The notes under the pieces were generated by a model. The model ran no database searches, had not been told where the DNA came from, and worked only from the letters and a program-made list of their open reading frames with translations. A stretch of 52,386 nucleotides of DNA, the filler included, from Barthelona sp. PAP020 (Eukaryota): NCBI GenBank assembly GCA_040182905.1. It is 2 parts of 2 records of this genome, joined end to end, with 100 filler letters (N's around TTAATTAATTAA, not from the genome) between each part and the next. Parts side by side here need not be neighbours in the genome. Positions count along the whole stretch, not along the records: positions 1 to 26,275 come from JARQWU010000139.1; positions 26,376 to 52,386 come from JARQWU010000140.1. One strand, written 5' to 3'. The translations under genes were made by a program, and so were the position numbers. The first letter of the stretch is position 1; each line of letters begins with the position of its first letter. Below are positions 22,166-30,565 of this stretch, piece by piece.

Positions 22166-22245
22166 AAAAAGCATTTCAATAAATTATTTAACAAATCAAT
22201 AGTATGTGAAATTGATATATTTTCTTGTTTGGTCTTCATATAACA

Positions 22246-22324
22246 AATCAACATCTGAAAAACTACAAAAAAAAATCTCTTAATTGATTGATGATTTTTT
22301 TTTGTAGTTTTTCAGATGTTGATT
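22246..22324. repeat. Perfect 32-bp inverted repeat with a 15-nt spacer
   Basis: Arm AATCAACATCTGAAAAACTACAAAAAAAAATC (22246-22277) is the exact reverse complement of 22293-22324. The loop is TCTTAATTGATTGAT. Confidence 0.95.
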
Positions 22325-22566
22325 AGTCAAAACTTTTGTCTAAATCATTAAAAGTATCTTTTAAATTTATTTATATAACTTGTAAATTTATTTTTAAAGA
22401 ACTTTTTTGTGAATGAAGCAAAAAATTTGAGAGCAATTTTGAGATGCTCATATTTCATTATATTCCCTTCAAATTAAAAAAAAAACAACTGTAAAAATGG
22501 AATTAAAAGTTCAATTGCTTGTTCTATGAAAGAGAAATCCTATAAGATTTTTTTTTCAACAGAATT

Positions 22567-25104
22567 ATGAACAGATTACTATTTTTATTGATAATTTTAT
22601 CGTTATTGACGTATATAGTGGCAGATTCTGAAAATTCTGTTTCTGAAGAAGAAGAAAAACCAAAAACAATTTCTGAACTTGTGTCAGAAGCGAAAGAACT
22701 ATATTTACATGGAGCTTCAATGAAACAATTAACAGATATTTATGAAACAATAGTCACAATATCTGAACCTGAAGGATACTACCATTTTTCTCAAGTTTTC
22801 AGATATGGTTTGCACGGCTTTCCTAAAAATTTAACTATTTGGTTATGGGCTTTACGAAAATCTGCAGATTTGGGATTTTCCCCTGCTCAATTAGATTATT
22901 CTTTATTCTTAACCTCTAAATTTCCTAGAGTCCCACCATTTCCAAATCCTGTATCACTTAGTTTTGAGATGGTTACTCAAGCAATGATGGATCCCAGTAA
23001 ACCTATTTCTTTGATCACTGATCATGTTCCATTTGATATCGATGAAGTCAATCCATCAGAGTTTTTGCCATATTTAGCGATATCTGCTTCTCAAAATAAT
23101 CCTTTATCTAAATTAGCTCTAGGTTGGAGATATGTGTTGGGTCATGGTGTTGTGAAAAATTGTGAACGAGCTGCTAATGAGTATATTCAAATAGCCAGTC
23201 TTTTACTAAACAAGGATAATAATATGGGTGATTACAAGAATTTGGGAATCGATTCTCTTCTTTCAATTGTAGACATTCGTTTTACCACATTACGACACGG
23301 ATCAATCAATTTGAATAAAAATGTACACAAAAGTTTGAAAGACCAAATTGAATTTTTGCAGGTGAAGGCTGACAACGGTGACACCAGTGCAGCTCTTCAA
23401 TTGTCTGATTTGCAAATGCATGGTCAAACACAACATGTTCCTCGTGATCCCAAAAGAGCTGAACAATTACTTAGACGAGCAGTTGACGAGGGAAACACGA
23501 ATGCTATGACAAAATTAGGGTTTATTTTACTTCAACGTGGACAACCTCCAACTCGTGATGAAACTTTGCATCATGAACAAAATTTTGATACAAGCTCTAA
23601 TGTGCATGATACACATTCCGAACATTTTAGTCAAGAATCGCAGACTCATAATGATGAAAGCTCACAACCTGTTTCTGAAGAGCATTATAAACAATCAAAT
23701 CAACCTTTGGAGAATAACCATTTTGAATCCAATGAAAGAATGGAAGATGGACCATCTAATAACGAGCAATATGAAAATATGTATGTTGAACCTCAAATTG
23801 ATGTTGATGATGATGTCACACCGTGGACTGAAGCGCATATGCTGTTTGAAGAAGCATATGAGAATGGAAATGCTCAGGCAGCTGGTGGATTGGGAATGAT
23901 TGCACTTCAAGAAGGTCGCATGGAAGATGCTGTCAGATTTTTTAGAGAAGGAGCTCGTCGTGGTGATATTGTATCCAACTTTTATTATGGAACCATGTTA
24001 TTGGAAGGTAAAGCGATTGAAAAGGATGAAAAACAAGGTTTTTCTTTGATTTCTAAAGCTGCTGATGGTGGACTTTTGGTTGCTCAAATACAATTGGGGC
24101 AATTGCTTGTTTCTGGTCGTGGAATTTCCAAAAAATGTTGGGCTGGCGTTGAAATACTTAAAAATGCTGCTGAACATCTTTTTGAACGACAAAAACTTGT
24201 TGATGCACATGAAGCATTTTTGGCCAAAGATTATATGAAAGCGTTTGATCTGTATAATAGACTTTCAGAACTGGGTTATAAAGAAGCCATGGTATCAACT
24301 GCCTATCTCTGTCAAGAATATTCTGAAATGATCGACATTCCTAATGCAGAAGAATGTGTTTTAAGGCATTATGAAAGGGCGGCATTGTTAGGACATGATC
24401 AATCATTGATTGATTTAGGCAAAATCTATGTTGAAAAGAAGGATTATGAAACGGCTTATAATTGGTTTTTGAAAGGTGCCGAAGTGTCTCTTGCCGAGGC
24501 ATTTTACCGTTTAGGGTGGCATCATGAGTTTGGCCTTGGCTGTGAAAGAGATTTTGACCTTGCAAAAAAGTATTATAGTGAGATTTCTTCTGGATTCTTG
24601 GTTGATCCTTCAGGCAAAATCACAACAACAAAAAATAGGTGGATCAAAATTATCTGTGTTTTGAGATTGAAAATTCATGGGCTTTATCTTTATTTTAAAG
24701 GGGAAATTCCTCTCGGTCCATGGTTTTCTGAGTCCAAAACAACTTATGAAAGCACAGAATCATCAGATTTGTTCAATTTTTCCAAAATATTTAAGATTCC
24801 AGGGCAATTTGAAACTCCTGTGATTTATTTTGTTACCTTCCTTCTTTTGTTGTTTCCCATTTTTTCTTTTTTCCAACAACGTCGGCAAAGAGAAGCACAG
24901 CAACCATTTGTTCAACAAAATAACAATCAACAACTACAACAAAATTTTCAAAATGAACAACAACCTGAGCGCGAATATGAACATGAACATGAACATGAAC
25001 TTGAAGAAAATGAAATACAAACAGTTTCTGAATCAACAACAAATATTGACAACATTCAACCAGATGAAATAGTTTCTGATGATGAATTGCAACAAAACAC
25101 GTAA
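22567..25104 (+). CDS. SEL1L/Hrd3-like ERAD component (Sel1 repeats, type I membrane protein)
   Basis: Signal peptide; many Sel1 repeats (LALGWRYVLGHGVVKNCERA, AQIQLGQLLVSGRGISKKC, AFYRLGWHHEFGLGCERDFDLAKKYY); Y.RLSELGYKEA segment typical of SEL1L; C-terminal transmembrane helix. Confidence 0.82.
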   Translation: MNRLLFLLIILSLLTYIVADSENSVSEEEEKPKTISELVSEAKELYLHGASMKQLTDIYETIVTISEPEGYYHFSQVFRYGLHGFPKNLTIWLWALRKSADLGFSPAQLDYSLFLTSKFPRVPPFPNPVSLSFEMVTQAMMDPSKPISLITDHVPFDIDEVNPSEFLPYLAISASQNNPLSKLALGWRYVLGHGVVKNCERAANEYIQIASLLLNKDNNMGDYKNLGIDSLLSIVDIRFTTLRHGSINLNKNVHKSLKDQIEFLQVKADNGDTSAALQLSDLQMHGQTQHVPRDPKRAEQLLRRAVDEGNTNAMTKLGFILLQRGQPPTRDETLHHEQNFDTSSNVHDTHSEHFSQESQTHNDESSQPVSEEHYKQSNQPLENNHFESNERMEDGPSNNEQYENMYVEPQIDVDDDVTPWTEAHMLFEEAYENGNAQAAGGLGMIALQEGRMEDAVRFFREGARRGDIVSNFYYGTMLLEGKAIEKDEKQGFSLISKAADGGLLVAQIQLGQLLVSGRGISKKCWAGVEILKNAAEHLFERQKLVDAHEAFLAKDYMKAFDLYNRLSELGYKEAMVSTAYLCQEYSEMIDIPNAEECVLRHYERAALLGHDQSLIDLGKIYVEKKDYETAYNWFLKGAEVSLAEAFYRLGWHHEFGLGCERDFDLAKKYYSEISSGFLVDPSGKITTTKNRWIKIICVLRLKIHGLYLYFKGEIPLGPWFSESKTTYESTESSDLFNFSKIFKIPGQFETPVIYFVTFLLLLFPIFSFFQQRRQREAQQPFVQQNNNQQLQQNFQNEQQPEREYEHEHEHELEENEIQTVSESTTNIDNIQPDEIVSDDELQQNT
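24977..25000 (+). repeat. Coding microsatellite (ATGAAC)x4 encoding EHEHEHE in the SEL1L-like tail
   Basis: Direct hexamer tandem repeat visible in the sequence. Confidence 0.9.
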
Positions 25105-25240
25105 ATATTTTTTCCTTTTTTCAATTTCAAGTTTAGTTTTGCACAACTCTAAATTAAAAAACAAACAATCATTGTTGTTTTACACATTTATAAAATAACA
25201 AGAAAAGTATTCAATTCCGAAAGTTATAAAAACAATATCA

Positions 25241-25637
25241 TTAGTTTTGACTTTCCTTACGGGGACGAAGATCGGGACATTTGCAACGACGACAAACCTT
25301 GGCACCAATAGGATTACGAGCATAACATCCACGGCAAATGTATTTGTTAACTCTGGTTTTTAAAGCAACAGCCTTGAGGGTAGGATCATAATCCCAACCA
25401 GATGAACCACCACCAATTAATCCACAGAATTCATCAACAACAGCATTCTCTGAAATATTGACAGAAAGAACATTCATGTCCTTATTGTAGATCTTTCCAT
25501 TATAAACAACTAAAAGTTAGCTAATACAAAATAAAAATGACCATACCAGAATCGACCTCTAAATCGGCAAAAGTAGTATCATTACTGGCACAAACGGCGC
25601 GTAAAGAACCGCAAGCGGTACGAAGGTAAAAATGCAT
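25241..25637 (-). CDS. RPL40: 60S ribosomal protein eL40 fused to a degenerate ubiquitin-like leader; exons 25637-25547 and 25509-25241 (119 aa)
   Basis: The spliced product is MHFYLRTACGSLRAVCASNDTTFADLEVDSVVYNGKIYNKDMNVLSVNISENAVVDEFCGLIGG-GSSGWDYDPTLKAVALKTRVNKYICRGCYARNPIGAKVCRRCKCPDLRPRKESQN. The C-terminal part has the eL40 K.ICR.CYAR...C...LRP signature. The track shows it as two separate ORFs. Confidence 0.88.
25510..25546 (-). other. Spliceosomal intron, 37 nt (phase 1), in the Ubl-eL40 gene
   Basis: GTATGG...GCTAACTTTTAG. Removal joins two track ORFs in frame. Confidence 0.9.
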
Positions 25638-26157
25638 CTTTGGAATTGAATAAAGATTGATTTTGACAAAAATTTTGTATAATTTTTTTCCAAAAAAAAC
25701 TCTTTTTTGTCTGTTTTTCTTCAATTGATTCCGTTCATCCATTCATTTGTGTTCAATATTTGAGTGTAAAATACTTAAATTAATTCTTTTGATGCAGATT
25801 GAATCGTTTAAAATGAATCAATTTTTTTTTGAAACTTTTAAACTATTTCTTTTTTCAAATTATTGATTTATGATATGTTTTTATCAAAAATAAATAAATA
25901 GTTAAGGTTTTCCATTTAAACACTTAATTTGATTTATCAAGCCAAATTTTCATTTCTGGTGTTGAAATGTGTGTTTGATTCTCCTTATAAAAAGAGGAAA
26001 ACAAAACCCCGTCCCAAATGTTGCATTTCAATTGTTCAAAATCGACACCCTTTTTGTTAAATTAACTTTCAACTGAACAAAATGTTGAGCCATTTAATTG
26101 CGAAGAAAAATCAAAGAAAAATTGGTTTATAATCATAAGCTAAAACTTAAAATAAAA

Positions 26158-26275
26158 TTAAAAGTTTTGACCACCACGAAGTCTGAGAACTAAGTGAAGG
26201 GTTGAATCCTTGGGAATATTATAATCAGCTAAGGTTCTTCCTTCATCCAATTGCTTACCGGCAAAGATGAGACGT
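26158..26275 (-). CDS. 3' end of a ubiquitin or polyubiquitin gene, truncated by the contig end
   Basis: Translates as [42 protein letters not shown]. A short extension after GG and an assembly break inside the gene are typical of polyubiquitin. It is absent from the ORF track. Confidence 0.92.
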
Positions 26276-26375
26276 NNNNNNNNNNNNNNNNNNNNNNNNN
26301 NNNNNNNNNNNNNNNNNNNTTAATTAATTAANNNNNNNNNNNNNNNNNNNNNNNNNNNNNNNNNNNNNNNNNNNN
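26276..26375. other. Artificial contig-joining spacer (44 N + TTAATTAATTAA + 44 N)
   Basis: Exactly 100 nt, symmetric, with a palindromic linker that puts stop codons in all six frames. The genes on both sides are truncated at it. Confidence 0.97.
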
Positions 26376-28103
26376 CTGCGTGGAGTTGTATCTCAACTCT
26401 TGTGGTATCACTTCAAATTTCTTCTCATACAACGATAAAACCATAATTGTATTTGAAATCAACGTGGCATCATTTGCAGTTCCATTATCTTTTGCATAGT
26501 TGTTTCCATAACCATCAGCAGGATTATTAAGATTAGCATAGACATTATAACGATATGTAGCATGTTTTTCTGGTTCAGAAACCACCAAAGCAACCAACCT
26601 TATCAAGAAAGCCAACTGAGATTCAATCAAACTTCGAGTCAAATCATCACAATTCTCAAAATCACTCAAGCAATTGTCATAATTCTCAACAATTCCTTCT
26701 AATAGCTCATTTAATAATGGTATGGTCAATTCTGAAGTTTTAGTGATCCAAGTTCTTAAACTGCTTTCGCAATTAGTAAAAGCCGTTAAATCACTCAAAA
26801 GAGAATTATCATAAGCTAAAAGTTCACTCATATGTTCTATATGACCAGTAATAAAAGACTTAACAACCTGAGAAGAAATGGCAAGAATATCAAAGTTTAT
26901 ATTTGAGATACCAGCAGTGTGATAAGCCACATTCTTGTGCCAATATTTAATCAAATACACGACCGATGCTGGAGATACGTGATAATTATCAAAGACCCAT
27001 TCGGAAAATTGCTGACTCAATTTCAAAAATTCTTCGCATTCTGAACAAGCACATAAAACGGTAATTTCAAATTGTAATCGAATATGCATTAAAATGGAAC
27101 ATAATTCATGAATCAATTTTACATTTTTTTCATCCAATTGAGTGTTGAAGACCATGATCAAAAACCTTAAAACAGATGACAAAAATTCTTCCCGAATGTT
27201 TCTTTTTGAATCAACTTGATATGCAGTACGCTTGAATCTACACATGTTTGTAACAATCAAAACTATCATATAACGATAGTCTTCATTATCAGGTGATAAA
27301 TTTTCACTTAATTTTTCATATAAACAATGTAACACTTCAATTAACGAATTTTCAGGAGGTTCAAGGAAAGAATTGGCAAAAGACGTGGGTAAATGAATAG
27401 AACTTGTCTCTTGTTTAGGGGATTGTAAAGTACCAGAAAAATCAAATTCTAACGTTTGATTGATAACTTGACATGCGCTTTGAACCAAAAATAAATTATC
27501 ACTCAGTTTAATAGCCTCAATAGCCTTTTCCAAAAAATATTTCAAATTTTCATCTTTAAAGGCAAATAATATTCTGCGATCAGCTCCATAAGACATATTA
27601 GTGCTGGGTGAACTGAACAAATCAATCAATCTTTGTACAATAAAGAAAAATAAATAATGATGTTGAATTTCATCACTATCTAATAAAGGTTGTAACTCTT
27701 CAACAATTCTATTGTTATTTTCTCCAATATAATCGTGTAAAAACATAACTTTAACTAGACTCACATATAAATTTACAGCATACCTTACAACCCCTATATC
27801 ATATTCTAAAGCCTGATTGATAAGAAATGAATGAACCAAAGAAGTCAAATTACGTTTTGTTTCAATCATAGCTTGATTATGAGTCAAAAATATTGCTTGT
27901 TCCAAACAAGAAAATAAAAAAACAAAGGATGACTCAGTATTCACTTCACTAAGATATGACACTAATATGTCTAGAGGATACAATTTAGGAATGGAAATTA
28001 ATTTTTTTTGTACCTCCTCAAAAGCATCCATATCTACATTTTCTAAAGGATTTAAATACTGTTCAGCTAATTCTTCAATCTCATCGGCAGAAAAGTACTC
28101 CAT
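26376..28103 (-). CDS. XPO7: Exportin-7 (RanBP16/17)-like karyopherin, 3'-truncated by the contig end
   Basis: FKDENLK.F, LEFDFSGT......SIHLPTSF (compare XPO7 FDFIGT...VQIPTSW), HELCSILMHIR, SVVYLIKYW and ESQLAFLIRLV. The stop shown in the track comes from the linker. Confidence 0.75.
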
Positions 28104-28257
28104 ATAATATCCTGTTTAATTAAAAAAATAAAATTTGCCTTTTCGAAATCCAATAGATTTATCTCAAAATAATGTTTCAAAAAATCTGAAAATAAAAAAG
28201 TTAAATCAATTAATCAAATTGAATTCAAATTGAGAAAAAAAAATATCAATAAAAAAT

Positions 28258-28851
28258 TTACACAATACCTGCCTGAGCCTCCATTTTTTGTTTTTCTCCT
28301 GCCATTTTAACTTCTTTAAGATTATGTTGAGCATGAGCAAATTTGATTTTGTGTCCCAAAAGCTCATGAATGTCCAATAACTGTGGAATTTCTTGAGCAT
28401 TTTCCAATTGCATCAAAAAGAAATGGGGTTCACGTTTGATTTCAATAACAACACTAACATATTCCAAAATTTCATCAATTATTTCTTCGACATTAGCAGG
28501 ATTGTATTTAGAAACAACAACAGTATGTGAAGCAATTTTTTTGTGATGTTTTCCAGGTTCACATTCGACCAAATGATCAAATATTTCCCCTTCAAATTGT
28601 TGAACAACTAAACCTTCATGTTCATCAAAAAGAGAAAGATTATTTAAAGATTCTTGGCAATCCTGAGCCAAAACTTCATTTTCAAATTCAACAATACAAT
28701 AAGCCTCTCCTTTCAATGTCCTAGAAGAAGGATTTTTGTGATCAAAGGTCACAAGAGACATATCTTTTGGTTGAAATGGTTTAAATAGTTCATACAATTC
28801 TTCATAATAACAATATGACGAAGGAATGTTTGAAACTAGCAACTTATACAT
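28258..28851 (-). CDS. Small RRM-domain RNA-binding protein (probably two RRMs); 3' end uncertain
   Basis: RNP2-like KLLVSNIP and RNP1-like AYCIVEFEN...AQDCQESLN. A second degenerate RRM follows (TVVVSKY...FFLMQLEN...LLGHKIKF). Confidence 0.7.
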   Translation of the reverse strand: MYKLLVSNIPSSYCYYEELYELFKPFQPKDMSLVTFDHKNPSSRTLKGEAYCIVEFENEVLAQDCQESLNNLSLFDEHEGLVVQQFEGEIFDHLVECEPGKHHKKIASHTVVVSKYNPANVEEIIDEILEYVSVVIEIKREPHFFLMQLENAQEIPQLLDIHELLGHKIKFAHAQHNLKEVKMAGEKQKMEAQAGIV

Positions 28852-29132
28852 CTAAATTTGGATAAAAAAGACAATTAAACTCGAACATAAAAAACTGTAA
28901 AATGATCAAATAAAATCAACAGTTGATAAAATCATTTTTGTTACACTGATAATAATTTTTAGTTTTCAACAAAATAAAGGTCACATTTTTGCCAAAAAAG
29001 GAAAAAAAATCAAAAAACAACTTTTCTTTTTTTTTACTCAAAAAAGATTGAAATAATACAAAAAAAAAAAATGAATCAAAGCAATATATTTATGTGCTAC
29101 AACAATTAAATCCTTTCAAAAATCAAAAAAAT

Positions 29133-30092
29133 TCAAATTTTTGGCAATAATGAATTAAAAACGTTACCTTCTGTTGCATAAAACAATACTGGACGTTTTC
29201 CTTCCCTAACATATCGGTCTTCATTGTATAAATATTTTCTAATAGCTTTAAATTCAATATACATTGTCATATGATGAAATCCAACCGCAAAAACTAATAA
29301 ATATTGAGCTAAAGATCTTGTATTACAATACAAACCATTATCATTACAACTTCTTGTGTATCCACTGTAAATAAATGCAAACACCGCGTACTGCACTAAA
29401 AAAAGATACTTAAGTGTCAATGAATTGAATGAAGTGATTTTTTGTAAATATTGTGGAGAAGAAGCAAGTGAAAATATGGTGGTCCAAACTGTATGATAAA
29501 TCATTTGAATGCCAGCCATTATATTGAAAAACCAGGCGAAATGTTGATGATAGAATTCATTAACATCGATGGAAATCAAACCGACAAGAGGTAAATATAT
29601 GCCAAAAACAGCCCCACAAATTATTTCCCCTGCAAAATGAAAGATTTCCCATGCAATTCTTGTTTTGGTCCAACCAAAAAGAAAGGAAAGAATTCTATTC
29701 TCCTCTTTACGTAAATATCGTTGGTTGCAGAAAGAAATTTGACCATTCTTTATAATTAAAGGACGTAAAGTAACATAAAAGAACACAGACATGATAAAAA
29801 TGCCCACATATCCAACAATAAAACATACTGACATATAATAATATGTAATAGCTCCTCTGCCTGTTCTAGAAATTGTGGGAAACAATCGTCCTGTTGGTTC
29901 AACAATTGCAGTTATAATATATGATCCAATTAACCCAAAAAATACAGATAGAGTTCCAAAAAATACAATATATTCACTTTTGAATAAAATAAATGAACGT
30001 GAAAATTTTTTGACTCGATTAACACTTTGTGTAAAAATTGCCCTTTTTTCCAAAACATCATATTCTTCCAATGTTTTGTGCTTGTTTAACAT
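29133..30092 (-). CDS. Frag1/DRAM/Sfk1-like multi-pass membrane protein
   Basis: About six hydrophobic helices, FPTISRTG after TM1, H..FA..F in TM4 and SLAQY before the last TM, consistent with the family pattern. Confidence 0.65.
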   Translation of the reverse strand: MLNKHKTLEEYDVLEKRAIFTQSVNRVKKFSRSFILFKSEYIVFFGTLSVFFGLIGSYIITAIVEPTGRLFPTISRTGRGAITYYYMSVCFIVGYVGIFIMSVFFYVTLRPLIIKNGQISFCNQRYLRKEENRILSFLFGWTKTRIAWEIFHFAGEIICGAVFGIYLPLVGLISIDVNEFYHQHFAWFFNIMAGIQMIYHTVWTTIFSLASSPQYLQKITSFNSLTLKYLFLVQYAVFAFIYSGYTRSCNDNGLYCNTRSLAQYLLVFAVGFHHMTMYIEFKAIRKYLYNEDRYVREGKRPVLFYATEGNVFNSLLPKI

Positions 30093-30097
30093 AACAA

Positions 30098-30141
30098 CTG
30101 CAAATTAAAATTCGTAAAATGGATAGAAACGAATTCTTTAC
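30098..30141 (-). other. Candidate 44-nt 5'-UTR intron of the Frag1/DRAM-like gene
   Basis: GTAAAG...TTTAATTTGCAG ends 5 nt before the ATG. Size and acceptor spacing resemble the other introns, but there is no reading-frame support. Confidence 0.4.
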
Positions 30142-30565
30142 GAATGCAAAATTCCTTATCAATTCATTCTATTGAAAACAAATCCCTTTCATCCTATTAG
30201 TATTTGTTTTAATGTTTTCAAAAAGATTTTGACTTTTTTCCAAAGAAAAGACGAAAAAAAAAAAAGCAAAGCTGCTTGTTTTTCACTTTTGATCTTTTCC
30301 AAAAATTTTGAAGCCATGTGCAATTTTTTTTTTCAGAATAAGAAATATGCCGAATTCTGATTTTACGATTGGAATCCTCTCTGAAAATTTCCTTTTTCAT
30401 AACATTGGACCAAAAAACTTTTTAAAGAAATATTCGTTTTAATAACCAGCCAAAATTTCAAAAAAAATAATTCAAAACAATGTTATATGTTTATTTTCGA
30501 CTTAACTGTCTTCTGAATATAATTTCCTTCAATATTTGCAAAAATACGCTAAAAATAAAAAAAAA

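Noticed and set aside
26320..26331. TTAATTAATTAA palindrome as a biological element or the exportin-7 stop codon
   Set aside because: It is a synthetic six-frame stop linker centred in an N spacer.
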